DNA from: Alphaproteobacteria bacterium
GTDB lineage: Bacteria; Pseudomonadota; Alphaproteobacteria; GCA-2731375
Assembly: GCA_965225945.1 (NCBI GenBank)
Contig: CBDDBZ010000026.1
Coordinates: 64,001-128,000 of the forward strand
Direction: 5' to 3'
Length of the DNA stretch: 64,000 nt
Positions 10,621 through 20,506 of the stretch are shown here, one piece after another (the first letter of the stretch is position 1; every line of letters begins with the position of its first letter). Position numbers and translations under genes: made by a program. The notes under the pieces were generated by a model. It worked only from the letters and a program-made list of their open reading frames with translations, was not told the DNA's origin and did not search any database.

Positions 10621-11451
10621 ATGAGCCAGGCGGAGAAGGCGGCGCGGTTTCGCGCGCTGCACGAGGCGGAGGGGGCGTTCCTGATCCCCAATCCCTGGGA
10701 TATCGGCACCACCAAGATCATGGAGGACATGGGCTTTTCCGCGCTCGCCACGACCAGCGCCGGCCTCGCCTACAGTCTCGGCCGCGTCGACGGCCGGGCG
10801 CTGGTGAGCCGCGAGGAGGCGCTGGCGCACGCGGCCCAAATTGTCCGGGCGACGTCGCTGCCGGTCTCGGCGGATCTGGAAAACGCCTTCGCCGACACGC
10901 CCGAAGGCGTCGCCGAGACGATGCTGATGGCTAGGCAAGTCGGTCTCGCCGGCGCCTCGGTGGAGGACGCGACGCCGGACCCGGAGGTGCCGATTTACGG
11001 CTTCAATCTGGCGGTGGCGCGGGTCGCGGCGGCGGCCGAAGCGCTGGCCGAGGCGCCGGGAGACTTCGTGTTGACGGCGCGGGCGGAGAACTTCCTGCAC
11101 GGCCGGCCCGATCTCGACGATACCATTCTCCGCCTGAGGGCCTTCGAGGCGGCGGGCGCCGACGTGCTCTATGCGCCGGGCCTGCCGGACCTGGCGGCGG
11201 TGAAACGGGTGGCCTCCTCGGTCTCGAAGCCGGTGAACGTGATCCTGGCGGGGCCGCTTCGCCGCCACTCGGTCGCCGAGTTGGCCGCGGCCGGCGCCAA
11301 GCGGATCAGCATCGGCTCCGGCCTGGCGCGGGCCGCCCTCGGCCTGGTGATGCGGGCGGCGAGCGAGATGGCCGAGGAGGGCACCTTCGGCTGGTTGGAA
11401 GGCACGCCCACCTTCGCGACGCTCGATGCCTTCATGGACGGCCCCGACTAG
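10621..11451 (+). CDS. Isocitrate lyase / PEP mutase family protein
   Basis: Motifs PNPWD, ATTSAG, PVSADLENAF and AGADVLYAPG. Confidence 0.88.
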   Translation: MSQAEKAARFRALHEAEGAFLIPNPWDIGTTKIMEDMGFSALATTSAGLAYSLGRVDGRALVSREEALAHAAQIVRATSLPVSADLENAFADTPEGVAETMLMARQVGLAGASVEDATPDPEVPIYGFNLAVARVAAAAEALAEAPGDFVLTARAENFLHGRPDLDDTILRLRAFEAAGADVLYAPGLPDLAAVKRVASSVSKPVNVILAGPLRRHSVAELAAAGAKRISIGSGLARAALGLVMRAASEMAEEGTFGWLEGTPTFATLDAFMDGPD

Positions 11452-11565
11452 GCCGAGGGGCGCGTGCAGCGGGAGCCGGCGTGCGCGTGTCGGCATTCGT
11501 TCAACTCACACCCGGCCTACCCCCGAGACTCTCCGTAACATTATGGAAAGCTAAAGTGGTAATTG

Positions 11566-11644
11566 TTAAGCGTTGTCGGACACCTGCCGAGGCGCAGGGG
11601 TTGCATCCGGCGGACTGGATCGGCAGGTGTCGGACAACGCTTAA
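11566..11644. repeat. 25-bp stem hairpin at the element end (also 20156-20234)
   Basis: TTAAGCGTTGTCGGACACCTGCCGA pairs with TCGGCAGGTGTCGGACAACGCTTAA; one mismatch, 29-nt loop. Confidence 0.9.
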
Positions 11645-12422
11645 GGGAGGAAACCGCGGGCAGGACTAGGCTCGGCGGTGCGGCACGCTCGGTCTATGGG
11701 GATTTGCGAGCGGCGGGCCAGCTTTCTCGGGTGGCCGGCGCTGCTGGATGGCTCGGATCTGATTGGCGACGACACCGGCAGGGTGGTTTGATGGCGACTT
11801 CGGGTCGATGCCGGCGGGTCTCGCAGGTGGTTCCCTGCGCGCTCGATGGTGTTGCGGCGAGCGGGATCGTGGCCGCGGGTGAGCGGCGGCAATAGCGTTA
11901 TTCGAAGCGGTGTCGGTCATGCTGCCGTGGCCCTGGCCAGGGGCCGTGCACGGGGCGGGGCGCGTGGTTGGGCGCCGGCCTCGAAGCGCTCGATGACGAT
12001 CATACGGCCGCCGCACTGCGGGCAGGGCTCTGAGAGGGACGGCGGTTCGGTATCATCGTCACTCGCGGCATCGTCGGCCTCACTCTCCGGTGCCGGCATG
12101 GCAAGCAGTTCGCGGGCAAGGGAGATGTTGCGGGTGCGACCGCCGTTGGCGAAGAGGCCGTAATGGCGGATGCGGTGAAAGCCCGAGGGCAGGACATGGA
12201 GGAGGAAGCGGCGGATGAACTCGGGCACGGCCAGGGGCAAGGTCTTGTAGCGCTCGCGTCCTTTGCGCCGGTAGTCCTTGTACTTGAAGATGACGCCTTG
12301 GCTGTCGCAGCTGACCAGGCGGCTGTTCGAGATGGCGACACGGTGGGTGTAGCGGGAGAGATAGGCGAGCACGGCCTCTGGTCCGCCGAAGGGCGGCTTG
12401 GCGTAGACGACCCATTCTTGTT

Positions 12423-13453
12423 CCTGATTACGCACTAACCTCAGCCAACTTCAGGAGCCGATATGGCATGGGCGGCGTGCGCAGGGCATCGCGGCCGAGG
12501 GCTTCGATCATGTCGGCGAGCCGGTAGCGGCGGTTGTATCGGTACTGGAACGCCACCAGTTAGCGCGGCACATGCTTGGGTCGGATCGCATGGTAGGTAC
12601 CGCGCAGGGTGTTTTTGAGGTTGCCGAGGGTGGTGTTGACCCATTTGAAGGCGGGCACGGCGACGGCCCCGGGTCCGGAGCCAGTGGGTATCGGATGGTG
12701 CGCACAGCCTTGCGCGGTGACCGCGGTGAAGCAGCCGAGCCCATCGCTGACAACCGTCGCCAGCGGGCTCAGGTCGCGCTTGGCCATCTTGGCGATCTCG
12801 CTCTTGCGGAAGCCCTTGACGCGGCGGAGCTTGATGCGCACGGGCTGGCCCTCCGCCGTGGTCTGGACGGCGGCGACGAACGGCGTCTTGCCCGGCGCGC
12901 CTCGGCCGCGCTTGGCCCCGGAACGCCGGCCGCCGAGGTAGGCATCGTCCATCTCCACCCGCCCGGTGAGCGGCAATTTGGCATCGCGCTCGAGCATGGA
13001 TTGCATCAGTTTCTGCTTGATCTTCCAGGCCGTGGTCTGGGTGACGCCGAGCCGGCGGCCGAGTTCGATGGAGGAGATCCCCTTCTTCGATTGGGTCATG
13101 TGATAGATCGCCGAAAACCACAGGGTCAGCGCCAGCTTGGTCGCGTGGAAGAGCGTGCCGGCGGTCAGCGAGACTTGATGACGGCAGGCGGCGCATTGGT
13201 AGAGCTTGCGGCCGGCGATCTCGCAATGGCGCGTGGCGCCGCATCGGGGGCAGGAGAAGCCCTCCGGCCAACGCCAGCGGAACAGGGCCTCGCGGCACTG
13301 CTCCTCGGTGCCGTACATTTCACGGAAACGCGGCTCGCTGAGCCCCTTCTGGAACTGAACCTTGTTGCGTGGCATCGTGAATCTCCTGTAAAACCACCAA
13401 AGGTTCATGATTTGTACCACACCTGGTCCGGCTGAGTGACGTGCGTAATCAGG
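12423..13453 (-). mobile_element. IS1595-family element A (1031 bp)
   Basis: TIR CCTGATTACGCAC; 8-bp TSD TTCTTGTT at 12415-12422 and 13454-13461. Confidence 0.93.
12428..13375 (-). pseudogene. IS1595 (ISXO2-like) transposase with premature stop
   Basis: Zn ribbon CPRC..CAAC, EMDDAY and SDGL motifs. In-frame TAA at 12560-12562 in KHVPR*LVAFQYRYNRR, where Tyr is expected. Confidence 0.85.
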
Positions 13454-14183
13454 TTCTTGTTTGCGCATCGGTGCGAGGAAGACACGGAAGGCCGCCGGCT
13501 CGGCGAGGCTGGTGTGGTCGGTGAAGAACTTCAGGCGCCCTGCCTCGTGGGCGGCGAGGAGCTTCTCGATGAAGAGGCGGCGGAAGAGGCGCGAGAGCAC
13601 GCGGACGGGCAGGAAGAAGCCGGGCCGGCAAGAGATCCAACTGCTACCGTCAGGTGAGATTCCGCCACCCGGCACGATCATGTGGATGTGGGGATGGTGG
13701 GTCATGGCCGAGCCCCAGGTGTGGAGCACGGCGGTGATGCCGATCTTGGCGCCGAGATGCTTGGGATCGGCGGCGATGGTGAGCATGGTCTCGGCGCTCG
13801 CCTTGAACAGGATATCGTAGATCACCGACTTGTTCTGATAGGCGATGTCGGCGATCGCCGCTGGCAGGGTGAAGACGAGATGGTAGTAGGGGACGGAGAG
13901 CAGTTCGGCCTCTCGCGCCGCCAGCCATTCGCGCGCGACCTGGCCTTGGCATTTGGGACAATGGCGGTTGCGACAGGAATTGTAGGCGATGTGGTTCTGC
14001 CCGCAGTCCTCGCAGGCCGCGACATGACCGCCGAGCGCGGCGGTGCGGCAACACTCGATCGCCGACATGACCTTCAGTTGGCCGAGGCTCAGACGACCGG
14101 CCCGGGCCCGACGGAAGCCGGGCCCGTGGTCGCGGAAGATGTCCTGGACCTCGAGCGCGGGACGCGGCACCGAGGCCGCCGGC

Positions 14184-15089
14184 TCACTTCGGCGGCTTGC
14201 GCTTGGTCTTGGGCGTCGGCGGCTCGAGCAGGTCCAGTGGGCTCTTGGCGCGCCGCAAGGTGGTGCTGGCGACCTGGGTGTAGTGAGCCGTGGTCTCCAG
14301 CTTCTTGTGCCCCAGTAGAACCTGGATCACGCGGATGTCGACGCCCTGTTCGAGGAGATGGGTGGCGAAGCAGTGGCGCAGCGTGTGAAGCGAGATCCGC
14401 TTCTCGATCCCCGCCCCCGCCTTGGCGCCATCGAGGGCGCGACGGAGCTGGCGGGTGGTCAACGGGTTGACCGGGTTCTGGCCTGGAAACAGCCAACCGC
14501 CGGGCAGCATCACGCCGCGGGCGCGGCCAAGCAACCACCAGACCCTGAGCTGCTCGACGGCGCGATCCGAGAGCATGGCGTAGCGATCTCGGCGGCCCTT
14601 ACCTTGCTCGATGCGAAGCGTCTTGCGGTTGCTGTCGATGTCCGGGACCTTGAGATGGACCACCTCCGAAGCGCGCAGGCCGGCGCCATAGGCCAGCGAA
14701 AAGGCCGCCTTGTATTTGGGACCGGGGGCGGCATCGAGAAGCCGCGCCATTTCCTCGACGCTCAGGATCACCGGCAGCTTGCGCGGCATTGCCACCGTCG
14801 TCATGCCGATCTCGGCGTCGCCTCGGCCGAGCGTGACGCCGAAGAAGAACCGCAATGCCGAGACCGCCGCGTTCATCGTCGTCGCCGATGCGCCTGCTTT
14901 GCGCATATGCACTTGATAGCGCCTGAGATCCTCCGCCTCCGCCCGATCCGGAGAGCGTGCGAGAAAGTCGGAAAAGCCGGCCACCGCACTGATGTAGCCG
15001 CGCTGCGTGTTGGCACTGAAGCCGCGAAGCACCATGTCGTCGATCATGCGCTGGCGCAGCGGGCTGATGGTCTTGTCACTATCGGTCAT
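14184..15089 (-). CDS. Tyrosine recombinase/integrase (intact)
   Basis: Catalytic set GLRASE, HTLRH, LGH and TAHY. Confidence 0.93.
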   Translation of the reverse strand: MTDSDKTISPLRQRMIDDMVLRGFSANTQRGYISAVAGFSDFLARSPDRAEAEDLRRYQVHMRKAGASATTMNAAVSALRFFFGVTLGRGDAEIGMTTVAMPRKLPVILSVEEMARLLDAAPGPKYKAAFSLAYGAGLRASEVVHLKVPDIDSNRKTLRIEQGKGRRDRYAMLSDRAVEQLRVWWLLGRARGVMLPGGWLFPGQNPVNPLTTRQLRRALDGAKAGAGIEKRISLHTLRHCFATHLLEQGVDIRVIQVLLGHKKLETTAHYTQVASTTLRRAKSPLDLLEPPTPKTKRKPPK

Positions 15090-15249
15090 GGGTCTGCTCC
15101 CGTGTTGCGTGAGCTTCGGAACTCCAAACCTCAACACAGGATCGACCCATCCGTTACGCCACCGACCTCACCGCCCGGCACCACGAACTACCGCTGAAAG
15201 CGGTTTCGTTCGTTGACCTGAAACGGACATAAGCCGCAGCCGTGAGAAT

Positions 15250-17002
15250 TTATGGCGGTAGTCCCACCACGCCGAGCGCTTCGCTTAAGGGCACGGCGAG
15301 CAATTCGTGAATATCGAATGCGGCGCACAATCCGCTGATGGTAAAGCCCGGCTCCAGCTCAAGGACGCGCTCGGCGGCGGACTTAGCCGCGTCGAGCCGC
15401 CCAAGCTTCGCGTGCGTTGCCGCCAGCAGAAAGTGCGCCGAGCTCCAATAGGGATTTGCCTGGAAAACCTTGTGCGCCGCCTCGGCCGCCGCCTCGTAAT
15501 CGCCGCGCTGAAAATGGCCGAGGGTAATCGAGAACCATGGGGAGTAGTTCATCGGATCGAACGGGCTCCAACGGAGCGCTCGCTCGCCCCATTCGATGCC
15601 GCGGTCCGCATCACCGGCAAGGACCATCACGACGCTGCCTAAGTTGTAGGAAAGCGCGCATGACGGGCTGAGGGCCAGCGCCGCCTCGAAGGCCTGGCGC
15701 GCGGCTTCGCGGTCGTGCGCGACCAAGCCGATGGCAAAGCCTCCGAGCGACAGCGCGATGGCGTCGTCGCGCCCGTGGGCGATCGCCGCATGGGCGTGGC
15801 GGGTCGCCCCGAGGCGGTTCTCCTCGCGCGCGCCGCCGCGCGCGAACAGGATTTCATGGCTCCAGGCGGCAAATCCGTGCGCCAGCGCGTAATTGGGTTC
15901 CATGTTGAGCGCACTCTCGAAGAAGCGGCACCGCCTTCGCGGCCCCGTCCGGCATCGCCGGATAGACGTGTGGGATGGCGCGGAGCACGAGGTCATAGGC
16001 GTCGAGACTGTCAGGCCGTTTACGCTTGACGCGCTCAATCTCCGCCTGGCGCAAGCTCGGCTCGATAGCGGCGACCACGCTCATCGTGAGCTCGTCCTGG
16101 ATCGCGAAGACGTCGTCAAGAGTGCGGTCGTAACGATCCGCCCAGACGTGCCGGCCAGTTTCCGCTTCGATGAGCTGACCGGTGACGCGCACGCGACTTG
16201 ACGCCTTGCGTACGCTCCCCTCGAGAATGTAGCGCACGCCCAGCTCACGCCCGGCCTGCTTCACGTCCACGGATTCACCCTTGTAGGCGAAGCTCGAGTT
16301 GCGCGCGATCACGAAGAGCCACTTGATGCGCGCGAGGCCGGTAATAATGTCCTCGGTGAGTCCATCGGAAAAATACTCCTGCTCCGGATCGCCCGACATG
16401 TTGTCGAACGGCAGCACCGCTATTGAGGGCTTGTCGGGGAGAGTGCGTGGCTCTTCATGGGGCACAGTGTCGCCAGCTACAGCACCCCTATCCGGGCGCC
16501 ATTGCCACACCCGCACCGGGCGATCGATGTTCTTGAGCTCTTGCTCGCCCAAGTCCTCTAACGCCAAGTCGACGCGGTCGCGTACTTGCTCGTGGACGCT
16601 ACCGGAGACGCAGATGCCGCCCGGCCGCGCCAGTCCCTCCAAACGCGCCGCCACGTTGACCCCGTCGCCCTGGATGTCGTCACCGTCGATGACCACGTCG
16701 CCCAGATTGATGCCGACGCGGAACTCGATCCGTTTGTTTTCCGGCAGGTCCGCATTGTGTTCGGTTAACGCTACCTGCGTCTCCACGGCAGCATGAATAG
16801 CATCCACGACGCTCGCGAACTCCGCCAGCATACCGTCGCCCATGAGTTTGACGATCCGCCCATGGTGCTCAGCGATCTTGGGATCGATGAGATCGGCACG
16901 CAGGGCCTTGAGAGCCGCTATCGTGCCTTCCTCATCGGCCCTGATCAGCCGCGAATAGCCGACCACGTCAGCGGCCATGATGGCGGCGAGACGACGCTCC
17001 AT
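15250..17002 (-). pseudogene. Adenylate/guanylate cyclase-TolB-like-TPR protein, frameshifted
   Basis: MERRLAAIMAADVVGYSRL and PDKPSIAVLPFDNMSGDPEQEYF motifs. The frame switches near 15920 into the TPR part. Confidence 0.85.
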
Positions 17003-17366
17003 CGAAATCCTCCCTGGCGGGGAGCTTAGCGGCAAAGGACAGGAGAATCTATGCGCGCTGGCGACGGGGCCGAATGGTCACCTCGCCCTGACGGGGAAGG
17101 TATCCCTGAATCCCGACGCTCCGCCGATCGACGCACCGACCCGTCTCGTCTGGTCGGGGCCTGTACACAATCGACCATGCGAGCGACACGACGGGCCCTC
17201 CAACGAGATCTCCGCGACACCTTCGTATTTGGCTCACGACGCTCCGAACGACATGCATGCCGGCCATGGTGGGGGCCTCGGCTGGTGATGCGCGCGGCAG
17301 GCTTGCCAGCCCCGGGCGATTGGCCCAGGTTCTATGCCGTCCATGGACCAGGCGGGGGCCCGTCCG

Positions 17367-17855
17367 ATGACCACCAAGAGCCGCATCCACTCCTTCCATC
17401 CCGAGAGCTACGGCGACGCCAAGTCCGCCGTCCGCTCGCTGCTGCATGCCTCGGGCGGCGAGGCCCGCGCGGCGGCGCGGTGCCGGGTTTCCAAGTCGAC
17501 CCTCTCGGAATATGGCAACCCCGCGCACCCCGAGCGGCATATGCCGCTCGACGTGGTCGAGGCGCTGGAAGCCGCGGCCGGCGAGATGCCGGTGACCGGC
17601 CATCTCGCCGCCGCCCATGATTGCCTGCTGCTGCGCTTGCCGGCCCCGGACGTGGCGAGGGAATGGCTCGCGCACCTGACCAGCATCGGCAAGGAGGCGG
17701 GCGACGTCTTCAACCACGCGGGCGCGTTCCTGGCCGACGACGGCGATATCGACGCCGAGGAGGCGCCGGTGCTGCTGCGGGAGTTGGACGAGCTATTGGC
17801 CGCCGTCGCCGCGATGCGGACCGCCGTCCGCCAACGGATGCCGCCGAGCTCGTAG
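17367..17855 (+). CDS. Phage regulatory CII-like HTH protein
   Basis: RVSKSTLSEYGNP...HMPLDVVEALE...PVTGHLA, and DGDIDAEEA near the C-terminus. Confidence 0.65.
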   Translation: MTTKSRIHSFHPESYGDAKSAVRSLLHASGGEARAAARCRVSKSTLSEYGNPAHPERHMPLDVVEALEAAAGEMPVTGHLAAAHDCLLLRLPAPDVAREWLAHLTSIGKEAGDVFNHAGAFLADDGDIDAEEAPVLLRELDELLAAVAAMRTAVRQRMPPSS

Positions 17856-17863
17856 TCGCGCCC

Positions 17864-19147
17864 CTATTCCGCGATGCGCGGCACCACGTAGGGGCCCTCG
17901 GGGATCACCGCCAGGCGGTTGCAGCCGGCCCGCTGGATGGCGGCGGCGATGGTGGCGCTCAGGTCCTCGGTCATGGCCACGCCGGTCAGCTCCCGGTCCT
18001 CGCCCGCAAGGCCGTCGCTATAGAGATGGATGGTGCCGATGCGCATCGGCTTCAACTGCATCTCGGTCTGCCACTCGTCGATATCGGCATGGGCTTTGGC
18101 CTCGATTTCCTCCAGAAAGCGCTCCGGCCCGCCCGCGACCAGGCGGCGCTGCGCCTCGACATAGGGGGCTGAGCCGATGCCCTCGGCGCACTCCGACGCG
18201 ATGATCAGGTCGCCGCCGGGGCTGAGGATGTCCATCGGCGCCACCATGGCCTTCACGGTCTGATAGTAGGTCTTGTCGAGCGGATAGCCGGCGGCGCTGG
18301 TGAGGATGGTGGGAAAGCGCTCCGCCACCTCCACCTCGGCGTGCTCGCGGGCATGCGCCACCGCCAGGAGGTGGCTCTCCACGATCTCGCCGAAGTTGAC
18401 GAAGCAGAGCTCGCGATCCTCGGTGATCACGGTGTTGAGGGCGAGCGCGCCGCCCAGCATGCGCACGATCTCCAACTGCTCCTCGTGCAGCGGATTGCCG
18501 TCGAGCACGCAGTTGGCGGCGTTGGCGTGCTCCATGAAGCGGGCGGCGTGGAAGGTGGTGATGGTCTGGCTGTGCGCGACGCCGGGGGCGATCACCTTGC
18601 GGCCGCCGGAATAGCCGGCCATGAAGTGCGGCTCCACCAGGCCGGTGGCGATCTTCAGGTCGGCCTCCACCAGCCGGCGGTCGAGGCGGACCACGGTGCC
18701 CCGGCCCGAGGTGCGGCCGAGATCGACATGCGCGGAATCGTCGGTGGCGAAGTGGTTCTCCACCCGCACCTGGTTCAGCACCCAGGGATCGCCAACCAGT
18801 TCGGCAAGTTCCTCGCCCTCGTTCGGCCGATGCAGGCCGGTCGCCACCAGCACGGTGATGGCGTCGGCCGGCATGCCGGCGGCGATCAGGCGGCGGATCA
18901 GGATCCCCAGGAAGAGCCCGTTCGGCACCGGCCGGGTGATGTCGCAGATCAGGATGCAGGCGCTTTGGGCACCTCGGGCGAGCTGTTCCAAGGGCGGCGC
19001 GCCCACGGGCTCGGAGAGCGCGGCCTCGATCGCGCGCGGAGAATCGGCGAGCGTCGGCATGTCGCGCTTGGCGATCACGGTGACGTCCAGTCCCTCCGGC
19101 AGCTCGACCGGGAGCTTGCCCTTGCCATAGTTGATCTCGACCCGCAT
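17864..19147 (-). CDS. larA: Nickel-dependent lactate racemase family (LarA)
   Basis: Motifs DITRPVP, ATGLHR, EPHFMAGYSGGRK and GYPLDKTYYQTVK. Confidence 0.88.
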   Translation of the reverse strand: MRVEINYGKGKLPVELPEGLDVTVIAKRDMPTLADSPRAIEAALSEPVGAPPLEQLARGAQSACILICDITRPVPNGLFLGILIRRLIAAGMPADAITVLVATGLHRPNEGEELAELVGDPWVLNQVRVENHFATDDSAHVDLGRTSGRGTVVRLDRRLVEADLKIATGLVEPHFMAGYSGGRKVIAPGVAHSQTITTFHAARFMEHANAANCVLDGNPLHEEQLEIVRMLGGALALNTVITEDRELCFVNFGEIVESHLLAVAHAREHAEVEVAERFPTILTSAAGYPLDKTYYQTVKAMVAPMDILSPGGDLIIASECAEGIGSAPYVEAQRRLVAGGPERFLEEIEAKAHADIDEWQTEMQLKPMRIGTIHLYSDGLAGEDRELTGVAMTEDLSATIAAAIQRAGCNRLAVIPEGPYVVPRIAE

Positions 19148-19275
19148 CGCGCCCTCCGGATCTCGTCGCAACTCGGCGAGTATATCAACACTTGCCGCCC
19201 GAGGCATGGTGCCGCTTTCGCGCCGGCGGGTGGCGCGCTACCATCGCGGATGGCACGTTGAGGGGAGAAGCGACC

Positions 19276-20037
19276 ATGCGGCTCGCCCAGGATCAGCTCG
19301 AGCATTTCCGGCGAGAGGGCTATCTGCTCTCGAAGGGATTTTTGGAGGCCGAGGAGATCGCGCACCTCCGCGACTGCTACACGGAGATCGCAGCTCGGCT
19401 GCAGGCCGAGCAGGCGCTCGAGAATGTGCAGTCGGGCGACGATCGGGACGAGGATTTCCAGGTCTATCAGATTCGCACGGCGCATCTCCGCCACCCGATT
19501 TTCCGCATGCTGATCAACGATTCTCGCCTGCTGGACCTGGTGGAATGCCTGATCGGACCGGATATCCGCCTGATCCACTACCAGGGCCTCTACAAGCCGG
19601 CGGCGACCGGCGGCGCCGTCGGCTGGCACCAGGACAACTATTATTTCAACGTCGCGGGCGAGCGCACCGTCAGTGTCTGGATGGCGCTCGACGACGCAAC
19701 GATTGCGAACGGCTGCATGTGGTACCTGCCGGGCCGACACGGTGCGCGGATGGCGCACCAGCAACTCTGGGACAGCTCGGTCAAGAAGGGTTTCTATTTC
19801 GCCATTCCCGAACTCGACGAGACGGGCGCCGTGGCGGCGGAGGTGCCGGCGGGCGGCCTCGCCATCCATCACTGCCTGATGCCGCACCGCTCGTTGCACA
19901 ACCGGACCGACCGGCCACGCCGGGGCCTGGCGATGCACTTCATGGATGCCAAGGTGGCGGACCCGGAGATGCTGAAGCTTCTGCCGGAGGGCGCGACCCC
20001 GGTGCTGCGCCGCGCCCGGACCGAGGGAGCGGGCTGA
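19276..20037 (+). CDS. Phytanoyl-CoA dioxygenase family Fe(II)/2OG enzyme
   Basis: Motifs WHQDNYY, WMALDDATIANGC and HRS..N.TDRPRR. Confidence 0.88.
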   Translation: MRLAQDQLEHFRREGYLLSKGFLEAEEIAHLRDCYTEIAARLQAEQALENVQSGDDRDEDFQVYQIRTAHLRHPIFRMLINDSRLLDLVECLIGPDIRLIHYQGLYKPAATGGAVGWHQDNYYFNVAGERTVSVWMALDDATIANGCMWYLPGRHGARMAHQQLWDSSVKKGFYFAIPELDETGAVAAEVPAGGLAIHHCLMPHRSLHNRTDRPRRGLAMHFMDAKVADPEMLKLLPEGATPVLRRARTEGAG

Positions 20038-20100
20038 ACGACGCCCGGACGTGGTCGCGATGTCCGGAGCACCCTCGGGATTTGCCATAATATTAGTCGA

Positions 20101-20147
20101 TACAAACAGATTACAAACAGAGTACAAACAGATTTGATACAAACAGA
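20101..20147. repeat. Four direct repeats of TACAAACAGA
   Basis: Copies start at 20101, 20112, 20123 and 20138. Confidence 0.9.
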
Positions 20148-20506
20148 GTCCTGTGTTAAGCGTTGTCGGACACCTGCCGAGGCGCAGGGGTTGCATCCGG
20201 CGGACTGGATCGGCAGGTGTCGGACAACGCTTAAGGGAGGAAACCGCGGGCAGGACTAGGCTCGGCGGTGCGGCACGCTCGGTCTATGGGGATTTGCGAG
20301 CGGCGGGCCAGCTTTCTCGGGTGGCCGGCGCTGCTGGATGGCTCGGATCTGATTGGCGACGACACCGGCAGGGTGGTTTGATGGCGACTTCGGGTCGATG
20401 CCGGCGGGTCTCGCAGGTGGTTCCCTGCGCGCTCGATGGTGTTGCGGCGAGCGGGATCGTGGCCGCGGGTGAGCGGCGGCAATAGCGTTATTCGAAGCGG
20501 TGTCGG

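Larger units (their letters stand above)
11917..14170 (-). pseudogene. IS91-family Y2 transposase split by IS1595 insertion
   Basis: Both halves match the intact copy at 20507-21721. Confidence 0.92.
11564..15211 (-). mobile_element. IS91-like element with tyrosine recombinase, copy 1 (transposase interrupted by IS1595)
   Basis: Near-identical to 20154-24196 from TGTTAAGCG to ...GCGGTTTCGTTC. Both copies are 2609 bp once nested IS and TSD are removed. No TIR or TSD of its own. Confidence 0.9.

Noticed and set aside
11524-11551. Chromosomal dif site
   Set aside because: Only a XerD-like arm is present; there is no recognisable XerC arm at the 6-bp spacing.
11564-15211. Integron (integrase + attC)
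   Set aside because: The hairpin lacks the canonical RYYYAAC...GTTRRRY order, there is no cassette array, and the recombinase is tied to an IS91-type transposase in both copies.
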